Part shown: positions 44,410-52,854 of the stretch, piece after piece
Position numbering within the stretch: the stretch's first letter is position 1
Layout: each line of letters starts with the position of its first letter
Source: Candidatus Woesearchaeota archaeon
Lineage (GTDB): Archaea > Nanobdellota > Nanobdellia > Woesearchaeales > UBA9989
NCBI GenBank assembly: GCA_013329045.1
Contig: DUKZ01000038.1
Location: forward strand, 126,294-190,293
Length of the DNA: 64,000 bases
Direction: 5' to 3'
The notes under the pieces: model-generated
Seen by the model: the letters and a program-made list of their open reading frames with translations, nothing else
The model's database searches: none
What the model was told of the DNA's origin: nothing
Made by a program: the position numbers and the translations under genes

Positions 44410-44762
44410 TTTCTTTTTATCCTCAATTTGTCATCAAGCTTGATGTCAATAATCTGGAGGTTTGATGGGTGCAATGGGATCAAGGCCCGAGAACCATCTT
44501 TCTTTCCCCTATCAATGCCTTCAATGAGCACTTTTTGATCTTTTACCTTAACTGTCCTCACAACACCGCTCTTGCCTTTCATCGAGCCTCTCATAACCTT
44601 TACCTTATCTCCGACGATGAGGCGGATGTTCCTCCTCTTGTGCCTGGAACGAAGCTCCTTGCTGAGAGGTGAGACAATCGCTTCACTCCTCTTGTGGGCT
44701 GGTGCCTGACTTTGCGCCTTCCTTTGCTTTTTTGGTTTTATTGACATAGTATCATACAACAA
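44406..44762 (-). CDS. rpl24: 50S ribosomal protein L24 (uL24)
   Basis: KOW motif VGDKVKVMRGSMKGKSGVV. Confidence 0.92.
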   Translation of the reverse strand: MLYDTMSIKPKKQRKAQSQAPAHKRSEAIVSPLSKELRSRHKRRNIRLIVGDKVKVMRGSMKGKSGVVRTVKVKDQKVLIEGIDRGKKDGSRALIPLHPSNLQIIDIKLDDKLRIKRK

Positions 44763-45153
44763 TCTTTGCTACTTTTGCGATTGGCGGCCACCTCACGCAT
44801 GCTTCTTTTGCGAATGGCCCCTTGAAAATGGTTCCCTTCGGGTTTCCTTTCTCATCCTTCAAGACAATTGCTGCATTATCTTCGAACGATATCCTTGTCC
44901 CATCAGCGCGCCGGTATTCCTTTTTTTGCCTGACAATAATTGCCGGGACAACTTTTTTCCTCATTCCAGGCTGGCCTTTTACCACTGATGCCATGATCAG
45001 TGCACCAACGCCTCCGGAGGGCTTTCTTCCTTTCACCGTTTTTGAGCCCTTGAATGAGATGATCCTTAATGCCTTTGCTCCAGAGTTATCACAGGCAACA
45101 ATAACACTGCCATGATTCAGTCCATTTGTGATCCTTGCTTTGATTGCCTGCAT
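44752..45153 (-). CDS. rpl14: 50S ribosomal protein L14 (uL14)
   Basis: MQAIKARITNGLNHGSVIVACDNSGAK... Start trimmed to ATG 45153. Confidence 0.93.
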   Translation of the reverse strand: MQAIKARITNGLNHGSVIVACDNSGAKALRIISFKGSKTVKGRKPSGGVGALIMASVVKGQPGMRKKVVPAIIVRQKKEYRRADGTRISFEDNAAIVLKDEKGNPKGTIFKGPFAKEACVRWPPIAKVAKIVV

Positions 45154-45157
45154 CTTC

Positions 45158-45508
45158 TTATTCCTCTTTCTTCTTTCCTGTCTTTTGCTCTGCCTTTTCT
45201 TCCTTCTCCTGGTGCTTTCCCTCTTCAAGGGACTCTTTTAGCTGCCCATAGCCTTTCATTGTGCCCAGGTTCTCGATGATGGTGAAATGCTTTGTCTTGG
45301 ACAGGGGCTTTGTCTCCATGATCCTTACCATGTCGCCTTCCTTTGCCTTGATGTCATTATGGGCTGCGACCTGAACCCTTTGCTGGATGTAGCGTTCAAA
45401 CTTCTTGAGGTATTTTCTGATCTGCCACTGCACAATCACTGTCTTTTGCATCTTGTCTGATATGACAACTCCAGTGAATGTCCTTCCGTGCGTTCTTATT
45501 TTTTCCAT
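45158..45508 (-). CDS. rps17: 30S ribosomal protein S17 (uS17)
   Basis: GRTFTGVVISDKMQKTVIVQW..VAAHNDIKAKEGDMVRIMETKPLSKTKHF. Confidence 0.93.
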   Translation of the reverse strand: MEKIRTHGRTFTGVVISDKMQKTVIVQWQIRKYLKKFERYIQQRVQVAAHNDIKAKEGDMVRIMETKPLSKTKHFTIIENLGTMKGYGQLKESLEEGKHQEKEEKAEQKTGKKKEE

Positions 45509-45511
45509 TTT

Positions 45512-45817
45512 TTATCCTTGGATTGTCTCTGGTGAAAAACCAAGCTCCACAAGGTACTGTTTTGCCTGGTTTTTGTGGTTTCCCTGCAACTCGATCTGCT
45601 TGTCCTTGATCGTCCCGCCACAGGCAAACTTGCTCTTGAGTTTCTTGTTGAGATCCTTAAGATCAATTCTTTTGCCGTCGAGCCCGTCAATAATGGTGTA
45701 CTCCTTGCCAAATTTTTTCTTGACAATCTTTATTGTTATATCCTGCCCTTCCTTGGCGATATCTTCCCAGATCCCTAATTCCTTGGGAAGGCCTGTGATG
45801 GGATCGATGTCTTCCAT
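45512..45817 (-). CDS. sui1: translation initiation factor aIF1 / SUI1
   Basis: ITIKIVKKKFGKEYTIIDGL...LKSKFACGGTIKDKQIELQGNHK. Confidence 0.9.
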   Translation of the reverse strand: MEDIDPITGLPKELGIWEDIAKEGQDITIKIVKKKFGKEYTIIDGLDGKRIDLKDLNKKLKSKFACGGTIKDKQIELQGNHKNQAKQYLVELGFSPETIQG

Positions 45818-46014
45818 TATTGTCCGCTTACCTCCTTGTCAGTCAGACTCTTGATCCTGGCTATTGTCTTCTTCAAATTCCTGATCTGGCCAGGGTTCTT
45901 AATCTGCGTCCCCGTTGCTACTTGAACATTGATTTTGATGAGCTCTATCTCTGCCTGTTTCAATTTTGCTGCGAGATCCTCTTTGCCCAGCTGGGCGAGC
46001 TCTTTTGATTTCAT
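45817..46014 (-). CDS. rpl29: 50S ribosomal protein L29 (uL29)
   Basis: 65 aa: MKSKELAQLGKEDLAAKLKQAEIELIKINVQ..; operon position. Confidence 0.9.
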   Translation of the reverse strand: MKSKELAQLGKEDLAAKLKQAEIELIKINVQVATGTQIKNPGQIRNLKKTIARIKSLTDKEVSGQ

Positions 46015-46673
46015 TTCTTGCTCCTTGCCTTCTTCTTCTCTTCTTTTACTTCCTGGACTACTGGTTCTTCCACTTTTTCTGTGATGAGCGAAATCCTATC
46101 TGGCAGCCTGACATCAGGGGGCATGATACGCACCTGGATTCCCACCGTGCCTGATCGCAAATGAGCCTGCGTGTATGCCTGCTTGACTCCCTCAATGCTG
46201 ACATCTCCGCATTTCTTGAGGTACCCTTGGTAAAACCGCCAGACACGTGCCCTTGCGCTTGGCACCTTTCCAGAGATGAGGATCTCTACGCCAATAGCGC
46301 CAGCATTCATGATCTCTGCCATCATCTTATGGCCGATTGCCTTGAATTTGCTTGAATCAAAGCGTTCCATGCCATCAGCGATCCTTTCTGCCACAATCTG
46401 GGCATCAAGGTAATACTGCTCTACCTCGCTGATCTCTATCTGAGGGTTCTTCAGGTTGAATTCCTTCTTGAGCGCTTTTGTGAGCTTCTTAATATTCTCT
46501 CCTTTTCTTCCGACGATGAGTCCTGGGCGTGAAGTGAAAATCACGATCTTTTCCCCGAGAGGAGTCCTGATCATCTTTGTATGGGAATGGCCAACCCTCT
46601 TGAGCGAACGTGAAACAAACTCTTCGACGCTGTGCTCTTTCAGGTTCTGCTTAATGAATTCTCGTTCAATCAT
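46011..46673 (-). CDS. rps3: 30S ribosomal protein S3 (uS3)
   Basis: KH domain (IVIFTSRPGLIVGRKGENIKKL) plus the S3 C-terminal domain. Confidence 0.93.
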   Translation of the reverse strand: MIEREFIKQNLKEHSVEEFVSRSLKRVGHSHTKMIRTPLGEKIVIFTSRPGLIVGRKGENIKKLTKALKKEFNLKNPQIEISEVEQYYLDAQIVAERIADGMERFDSSKFKAIGHKMMAEIMNAGAIGVEILISGKVPSARARVWRFYQGYLKKCGDVSIEGVKQAYTQAHLRSGTVGIQVRIMPPDVRLPDRISLITEKVEEPVVQEVKEEKKKARSKK

Positions 46674-47205
46674 TTTTCTCCTCTTCCTTCTTTACAGGAG
46701 CGTTCTTTACTACCCTTGCCTTCTTTGGCTGTGCTTTTTGAACAGGAGCCTTTTCTTCCTTAGCAGGCCTTTTTTCCGGGGTACTTTCAGCAACAAATAC
46801 TTCAATATGTGTTCTCTTTGACTGCCTTCTCCTGTGGCGGCCATACTTCATTGGTGTTGCTGCCTTATGAGCGCACATGTGGGTGATCACGAGATTCTTC
46901 CCAAGGCCCTTGACACTCGCATTTGCCTGGACACTCTTGAGGATTATCTTTATCTCAGTACATGCATTTACAATATACCTTCCAGGACCCATCCCTGGCT
47001 TATGGCCAACATCACCAGTGAATCTTCTATGGGGGATTGGACGCTTCATTTTGATGCTCTCATCAAGAATCCGGATTGCGTCACTGAGCTTCTTGCCCCT
47101 GAGCAAAGAACAAATCTCCACGGAATGCTTTGTTGAGATGGAAAGATTCCTGCCACAGGCCTTTGCGATGTGTTCCCCATTTGCCTTTGCTGCATACTTG
47201 ATCAT
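46666..47205 (-). CDS. rpl22: 50S ribosomal protein L22 (uL22) with Lys/Glu-rich C-terminal tail
   Basis: AKACGRNLSISTKHSVEICSLLRGKKLSDAIRIL. Confidence 0.92.
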   Translation of the reverse strand: MIKYAAKANGEHIAKACGRNLSISTKHSVEICSLLRGKKLSDAIRILDESIKMKRPIPHRRFTGDVGHKPGMGPGRYIVNACTEIKIILKSVQANASVKGLGKNLVITHMCAHKAATPMKYGRHRRRQSKRTHIEVFVAESTPEKRPAKEEKAPVQKAQPKKARVVKNAPVKKEEEKND

Positions 47206-47585
47206 CCTTTACTCGACCCCGATGAGCTTTTTGTCGCTCCAACACCTGGAGCGCTGTGCGATGTCTTCTTTCGTGACAATGCAAATTCGCCAAGGCGGTG
47301 ACCTATCATGTCTTCAGCAATCAGGATCTGCTCAAATGAGTTTCCGCGGTGGATGCGAATGGTCCTGCCGATCATGACCGGGAGAATTGGCATGTCACGG
47401 CAGTGGGTCTTGACAATACCTTTATTGACTTCCAAACTTTTCAAGAGCCTTTTTTGCTCTACAGTAAAGCCTTTCTTGATCCTTCTTCGGATGTCACATG
47501 GAGCAATCTCTGCAAACTCTGCAGGACTAAGATTCTTGATCTCTTGAGTCGACTTTCCACGATAGGTAAATTCTTTTTTTGCCAT
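47202..47585 (-). CDS. rps19: 30S ribosomal protein S19 (uS19)
   Basis: TIRIHRGNSFEQILIAEDMIGHRLGEFALSRK. Confidence 0.93.
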   Translation of the reverse strand: MAKKEFTYRGKSTQEIKNLSPAEFAEIAPCDIRRRIKKGFTVEQKRLLKSLEVNKGIVKTHCRDMPILPVMIGRTIRIHRGNSFEQILIAEDMIGHRLGEFALSRKKTSHSAPGVGATKSSSGSSKG

Positions 47586-47586
47586 G

Positions 47587-48297
47587 TTACTTCTTCCTTC
47601 GGCCAGTCCTTCTTGGCTTTAACATTCCAACCTTTCTTCCAGGCGGCGCATATTTTGGCGCAATCGTTGGCCTTCCTTTTCTTGAAGATCTCTTGCCACC
47701 AAAAGGATGATCAATAGCATTCATTGCAGCACCTGAAACAACCGGCCAGATCTTGTTCTTTTGCTTCATCTTGAGCTTCTTTGTTCCTGCCCTCAAGAAT
47801 GGCTTTTCCGGCCTGCCAGCCCCTGCAACAATGCCGATTGTTGCCCTACATTGATTCAAAAATGTCTTCTTCTTTTTTGATGGAAGAAGGACAACTGTCT
47901 CTTTCCCACTTTGCGCCAGCACTTTTGCATTTGTGCCAGATGCCCTGACAAATTTTCCACCGTCACCTGGTTTTGATTCAATATTGAATATGAGCGTTCC
48001 TTCCGGGATGTCTTTTAAATGCAACACATTTCCTGGCTGGATTGGCGCGCTCGCTCCTATATGCACCTCTTGGCCTAGGTAAATGCCTTCCGGGGCAGCA
48101 TTGACTGCACATTCTCCATTATCATATTTTACCAGTATTAGGGGTGATGTATGGGCTGGGCAGGTAGCAATATCAATGATTGTTCCTTTCTGATCATTTG
48201 CTCTTGGATACTGGATTGCGGCGGTGAATGTATGCTTTGGGGTCCTGTATCTTTGCGACCCTTTCCCTCTCCTCTGCTGAATGAGCGGCTTTCCCAT
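47587..48297 (-). CDS. rpl2: 50S ribosomal protein L2 (uL2)
   Basis: GKPLIQQRRGKGSQRYRTP...MNAIDHPFGG. Confidence 0.94.
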   Translation of the reverse strand: MGKPLIQQRRGKGSQRYRTPKHTFTAAIQYPRANDQKGTIIDIATCPAHTSPLILVKYDNGECAVNAAPEGIYLGQEVHIGASAPIQPGNVLHLKDIPEGTLIFNIESKPGDGGKFVRASGTNAKVLAQSGKETVVLLPSKKKKTFLNQCRATIGIVAGAGRPEKPFLRAGTKKLKMKQKNKIWPVVSGAAMNAIDHPFGGKRSSRKGRPTIAPKYAPPGRKVGMLKPRRTGRRKK

Positions 48298-48298
48298 C

Positions 48299-48550
48299 TT
48301 ACATCAACCCTAAATTTGTCGCAATATCAATTGCTGGCGTCTCTTCGCTGAACCTGATATATGCGCGTTTTTTCCCATCACGGTCGATCAAGGTGTTGAC
48401 CTTTACTACCTTGACTGCGAACTGCTCCTCAATGGCCTTCTTTACCTCTGCAGCAGATGCTTTCCTGTCGACTACAAAGATAAGCTTGTTCTCTGATTCC
48501 ATGAGCCTGATCGACTTTTCAGTTGCCAGCGCGAATTTGATGATTCCCAT
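48299..48550 (-). CDS. rpl23: 50S ribosomal protein L23 (uL23)
   Basis: ATEKSIRLMESENKLIFVVDRKASAAEVKKAIEEQF. Start trimmed to ATG 48550. Confidence 0.92.
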   Translation of the reverse strand: MGIIKFALATEKSIRLMESENKLIFVVDRKASAAEVKKAIEEQFAVKVVKVNTLIDRDGKKRAYIRFSEETPAIDIATNLGLM

Positions 48551-48551
48551 T

Positions 48552-49355
48552 TTATATGAATAATTTCTCCTTCTCAACCCTATTGATTGACTCCTCTGTG
48601 AATAAGGTGAGCCTGCCTGGGGTAGTTCCCGGGGCTAATACCTCGACACTGAGCGTATTTACCACCCGTGCCTCAACACCTGGGATATTTCTAAAAGCCC
48701 TCAGCGCATCACACTTCTGACTGACGACGATCAGGATGCCCCGGACTTTCTTGTACTTTCTTCCTCTCATTTTCCCAACACCTGCCCTGATGGACTTTTC
48801 CTGGATCCTTCCCAGCTCCTTTTCAAGGCCAATTGTGATGAGGAATTGCCTTGCTTCCTTTGCCGTCTTGATCGTCTCGATATCTGTTGCGATAATGAAT
48901 GGGTACTTATCTGGGATCAGGTGGCCTTTCTTTTCCACGAGATCCTTGTTCATGGCAGCTGCCATCGCGGACCTGATAGCCTTCCTTTTCTCCTTGATAT
49001 TGATCTTTTGTGACCATATCTTCTCTGCCTTTGGGGGATGAGCCCTTCTTCCACCAACTGTCCCTGGAGCAAATGCGCCAATCCAATTAAACCTTGTACC
49101 AGACCTGGAGACCACTTTTCTTGGGACCCTAGAAATACCATGCCCATACGATCCCCTATAATCCCTTCTTCTCCTGGAAACTTTTGCGCTCGGGCGCTTT
49201 CCTGCCTCTGGCTTTGCACCATACGGCTGGCGCTTGTTTGCGAGCTGCGCTACTACAACCTTCTTGATAATGTCAGGACGGATTATCTCATCGAATTGTG
49301 CTGGCAACTTCTTCTTGCCCATTTCTTTCTCCTTCCCTTTAATGATGACTTCCAT
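48552..49355 (-). CDS. rpl4: 50S ribosomal protein L4 (uL4)
   Basis: RQPYGAKPEAGKRPSAKVSRRRRDYRGSYGHGISRVPRK. Start trimmed to ATG 49355. Confidence 0.93.
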   Translation of the reverse strand: MEVIIKGKEKEMGKKKLPAQFDEIIRPDIIKKVVVAQLANKRQPYGAKPEAGKRPSAKVSRRRRDYRGSYGHGISRVPRKVVSRSGTRFNWIGAFAPGTVGGRRAHPPKAEKIWSQKINIKEKRKAIRSAMAAAMNKDLVEKKGHLIPDKYPFIIATDIETIKTAKEARQFLITIGLEKELGRIQEKSIRAGVGKMRGRKYKKVRGILIVVSQKCDALRAFRNIPGVEARVVNTLSVEVLAPGTTPGRLTLFTEESINRVEKEKLFI

Positions 49356-49356
49356 T

Positions 49357-50325
49357 TTATTTGATGATTGTAACAATCGCTGGAGCTTCCTTAAACAGCT
49401 TGTCTTTTGGCCTCAATGCCTTGATGAGCTTGATCATTCTTTTCCGAGCACCGCTCACTGAACCCTTGATGAGAATGAACTGCGATCGGACCAAACCATA
49501 ACTCACAAATCCTCCCTTTGGATTTATCTCCTCTGGATTTGTCCCGACTTTGATGATCTGCTTATTATATTCTGTCCTTGTGTGATAGCCCATCTGTCCT
49601 GCATGGGCAACCCGATACATGACCTTTCCCTGGCCAGACCAGCCGCCAAGTGATCCTGGACCCCTGATAGTCTTTTCAGATTTATGCCTCCTTCTTGAGA
49701 CGCCAAAACGCTTGACTGGTCCTTGAAACCCCTTGCCTTTTGTGACGGCATGTGTGTCAATGACGCTTGCATCCTGGAACACATCAGAAACCTTGATTTC
49801 TTTGTTCATATGATCCTTGATGAACTGGAGCTGTTCTGTTATGGTGCCCCCAATTGCCATCTCAAAAAATTCAGGGGTCTTCTTGAGCTCGATTGCTTTT
49901 GGCTGGGTCTCTACCAACGCCCTAGCCTCAACATATGATGCTAACTCTTTTTCAATATCTTCTAACTTTTTTTGCTGCTCTTTCTTTGGCTTTTTAAGGG
50001 TTCTTTGGAGCTCCTTATCAATCTGGCCGTATATTGTTGCAGCTTTCCTGATGCCAGCTACGGTCTTTTTGTAAAAAACTGCACCCACAATCTTTATTGG
50101 GGGACACTCGAGAACGGTTAATGGAATAGAAATCTCCTCGCCCTTTGTTTTGGTGTTTGGGCGATTATCAATGATGATTGCATGGGTCATGCCAACCTTA
50201 TAGCCAGCAAAGCCAAGCAAGCCTTTTCCCTTGGGGACGGACCTGACTCTAGCCACTTGTGTCTTGGCCCGTTTCCGAGGCCAATACTGCATACTTCCTC
50301 TACGTGGATATCTGATGTTTGGCAT
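49357..50325 (-). CDS. rpl3: 50S ribosomal protein L3 (uL3)
   Basis: RRGSMQYWPRKRAK...GYKVGMTH...FQGPVKRFGV. First gene of the cluster. Confidence 0.94.
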   Translation of the reverse strand: MPNIRYPRRGSMQYWPRKRAKTQVARVRSVPKGKGLLGFAGYKVGMTHAIIIDNRPNTKTKGEEISIPLTVLECPPIKIVGAVFYKKTVAGIRKAATIYGQIDKELQRTLKKPKKEQQKKLEDIEKELASYVEARALVETQPKAIELKKTPEFFEMAIGGTITEQLQFIKDHMNKEIKVSDVFQDASVIDTHAVTKGKGFQGPVKRFGVSRRRHKSEKTIRGPGSLGGWSGQGKVMYRVAHAGQMGYHTRTEYNKQIIKVGTNPEEINPKGGFVSYGLVRSQFILIKGSVSGARKRMIKLIKALRPKDKLFKEAPAIVTIIK

Positions 50326-50477
50326 AAAGCAAGTGCCTCTGAAAAACGCCTCTTTCTGGGGTCTTCCCCTTCGAGAACTTGTTCCTTATTGGGAATTGCC
50401 CTTTGCAGGCGGGTTTTTCTTCGTGTCTAAACGCTTTGTTTACACACTCTTGGAGAATAGAAGGGAATTGGGGGGGG

Positions 50478-50485
50478 TTTATAAA
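50478..50485 (-). promoter_or_regulatory. TATA-box candidate for the rpl3...secY operon (long leader)
   Basis: TTTATAAA flanked by a G8 run, ~150 nt upstream of the rpl3 start. It is the only strong TATA in the spacer. Confidence 0.3.
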
Positions 50486-50522
50486 GGTTGTTGTTTGAGG
50501 TTTAGTGGGCTTTTAGTGGATA

Positions 50523-50565
50523 TTTTGCCATTGATCTGCCTTGCAACAACAATAATGGCGACAAA
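50523..50565. repeat. partial third copy of the E2 arm motif (TTTTGCCATTG ... AACAACAATAATGGCGACAAA)
   Basis: 50545-50565 matches the E2 5' arm (58178-58198, AACAACAAAAATGGCAACAAA) at 19/21 positions. GCCATT/AATGGC form a 6-bp inverted repeat. It lies in the primase-rpl3 spacer. Confidence 0.55.
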
Positions 50566-50630
50566 CTGCTTCCAAATAGACATCTTACCCCAGCGCCTCT
50601 CGAACACCTTTAGTTTTCCGAGTAGAAAAT

Positions 50631-51977
50631 CTAAGCATTCTCTTGCTTTGGTGTTTGCGTTGTTGTGCCCCTGGATGAACTCTTAGTCTTTCCCGGCTTC
50701 TTTTGCTTTCCAGCTTTCCTTAGGGTGTAGTGGACAGGATTCTTTATCTTTGCACAGAGGTTGTCTGGCTTGCACACACCAATGTCAATATAATACATCT
50801 GATTGTCGCAGTTTGGGGGGAGCATGGATTTCTTGTTTTGTTTATGATACCTAATCTGGCCTAAAAGAATTGTTTCTCTCAATGGTTCTGGGTTCTTCTT
50901 GTTCCATTCCAGCAACCGCTGCTCTATCATATCATAACTCCAGCCAATACTCTGGAGGAAGTTGACGAGGGCGAAGACTGCGCGTTTTTTACCGTCATTG
51001 ATGCCCTTGAAGATGAGGTGCATGCAGGGGGGAAATGCCTCTTCTGGGAGAGCTACTTCCGGGATGATGAACTCTTTTTGCTCATTCTTTTCTTTTGTCT
51101 CTTCGAGCTTTGCTGTTGCGTCGAGTGCCTGAATGATGAGTGAGCGTGCTTCTTCACTCCTTGCCTGCTGCTTGTCTAAAAAGCGGTGGTTTGGAACAAC
51201 GATATTTTCCGGATTTGCCAAACCCTTGTCAAAATCCATAACCTGCTCTAGGAGGATTGGGAGTGATGCCAAGCCTGATTTCTCGTGCAGGGAGTAAGGC
51301 ATCCGAAAAAGATGGCGCTGGGAGATGAGGATCGTGTCAATACCTACTATCTTATAAGGGTCAAATGCGTTGTTGATGATAAACTCTTTTGGGTTCATGC
51401 CGCTTTTTTTTGCTATTGTTTCGATGTTGTCTGTCTTCAGGATAGCCTTGCTGAGATGAGACCTTGTCATTTCTTGGAGATATGCGGCTATTGCTCTTGG
51501 TGCATCGGGAAACAATGATTCGATTGGTTGATTGTTGATGGTCTTTGGAAATGATTCAAACGGCACACCGATATGAAAGCCTTTGTTGCCGGAGAATTTT
51601 ATCGAAACAGCCTGGATGCCATGGTACTTCAATGCCTGAATGAGCATGACCGCTGATAATTTTGTGTAGTCCCACACATTACAGTCAATGTCTATTATCA
51701 GGTCCCATCCAATCCGGAGCTCTTCAACCTCCCTTTTGTTCATCGAGGTGGTGAGGGAAAGGGGATTGTCCCAGTGCTCTTCTGATGCATGAAAACTCGT
51801 TGCGCCTTTCTTTACAAACTCAAGAATTTCTGCCTCATAGTTGAGGATGTCTGGCCTCTTGCCAAAACCTTTCTCTCCATATTTGACAGCAATTTCCCTG
51901 CCCTTTGCGTTCTCAGCCATCTCCTTTTGGATGTCCTGGCGCTTATAGTATTTCAATAGGGTGCTGATATGGATCAT
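50631..51977 (-). CDS. priS: DNA primase: PriS catalytic subunit fused to a PriL-type C-terminal Fe-S domain
   Basis: AEP motifs WDLIIDIDCN, FSGNKGFHIGVPF and RMPYSLHEKSG. A C-terminal ~130 aa carries FPPCMHLIF...FALVNFLQSIGWSYDMIEQRL...PPNC..GVC..NLC (four Cys). Confidence 0.85.
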   Translation of the reverse strand: MIHISTLLKYYKRQDIQKEMAENAKGREIAVKYGEKGFGKRPDILNYEAEILEFVKKGATSFHASEEHWDNPLSLTTSMNKREVEELRIGWDLIIDIDCNVWDYTKLSAVMLIQALKYHGIQAVSIKFSGNKGFHIGVPFESFPKTINNQPIESLFPDAPRAIAAYLQEMTRSHLSKAILKTDNIETIAKKSGMNPKEFIINNAFDPYKIVGIDTILISQRHLFRMPYSLHEKSGLASLPILLEQVMDFDKGLANPENIVVPNHRFLDKQQARSEEARSLIIQALDATAKLEETKEKNEQKEFIIPEVALPEEAFPPCMHLIFKGINDGKKRAVFALVNFLQSIGWSYDMIEQRLLEWNKKNPEPLRETILLGQIRYHKQNKKSMLPPNCDNQMYYIDIGVCKPDNLCAKIKNPVHYTLRKAGKQKKPGKTKSSSRGTTTQTPKQENA

Positions 51978-52030
51978 GACCTCATGGAGGATAGGAATCT
52001 ATATAATGATTATGCTCTTTTGGTTTCTTT

Positions 52031-52369
52031 ATGGAGCTAGAGACTGTTGAAGAATGGGCACTATCCCTTGCTGCATCAAAGCTTCCTGTGATTGTTGAAG
52101 GGAAGAGAGATGTGAGTAGCTTAAAGGAGCTTGGGGTTGAACATGTGTTTTGCCTGAATAAAGAGCCGTTGTACAAGGTTATTGAAACGATGGCTTCCCA
52201 TTCCAAAAAGGTTGTTTTGCTGACAGATTTTGACAAGGAAGGAAAGAAACTGTATGGGGTGCTGTCTTCTGGATTATCGCGGCATGGGGTTGTTGTTGAT
52301 CGGTTCTATAGAGAGTGGCTGCAGAAGAACACGGAAGCATCGACGATTGAAGGGTTGAAGGCAACGTGA
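52031..52369 (+). CDS. small stand-alone Toprim-domain protein
   Basis: 112 aa. VIVEGKRDVSSL (catalytic Glu) and LLTDFDKEGKKL (DxD). Divergent from the primase gene. Confidence 0.8.
   Translation: MELETVEEWALSLAASKLPVIVEGKRDVSSLKELGVEHVFCLNKEPLYKVIETMASHSKKVVLLTDFDKEGKKLYGVLSSGLSRHGVVVDRFYREWLQKNTEASTIEGLKAT
52321..52356 (+). repeat. 36-nt direct repeat, copy A (3' end of Toprim CDS)
   Basis: GCAGAAGAACACGGAAGCATCGACGATTGAAGGGTT is 35/36 identical to 53555..53590. Confidence 0.88.
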
Positions 52370-52374
52370 CGATT

Positions 52375-52854
52375 TTATCTTCTTATAATCTTATTAATGT
52401 TCTTGAAGAAGAATGAAGCGTTGTTACATGATTCCTGAGCAGGGTCACGATTTGCCTGAGGAAGTTTTTGGTAGGTAAATGCACCCCGCTTTCCTTTTTC
52501 TTTTGAAAAGATTTCTAAGAGTTCCTCTGCCCTTACTATCATCTTTTGGTATATCCTCAGGAGTTCGACATCTAGCTTTCCGGTTTTTACAAGGCTATCA
52601 TCAAATGCAATAATGGTTTTCTTGTGCACTTCAGGGGCATTTGTCTTTATCCCATTGTTTATCAGCATTGCCTTGGCAGAATAAAAAATGCAGTAATATG
52701 AGTGGCTGATCACAACATTGTAAAACGTGAACTCTTTTTCCAGCTTAAACTGTTCCTTCTGGAGCACTGGATTGCTTGACACCTCAAGAAATATTTGTGC
52801 AGCTACCAACTCATTTTCTGCCCTTTGAAGATACAGGATTGTTTCGTTACTCAT
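52375..52854 (-). CDS. HEPN-domain protein (partner of the upstream nucleotidyltransferase)
   Basis: AENELVAAQIFLE...SHSYYCIFYSAKAMLINNGIKTNAPEVHKKTI is the typical HEPN helix pair. ATG 52854 overlaps the MNT stop by 8 nt. No clear Rx4-6H motif. Confidence 0.78.
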   Translation of the reverse strand: MSNETILYLQRAENELVAAQIFLEVSSNPVLQKEQFKLEKEFTFYNVVISHSYYCIFYSAKAMLINNGIKTNAPEVHKKTIIAFDDSLVKTGKLDVELLRIYQKMIVRAEELLEIFSKEKGKRGAFTYQKLPQANRDPAQESCNNASFFFKNINKIIRR

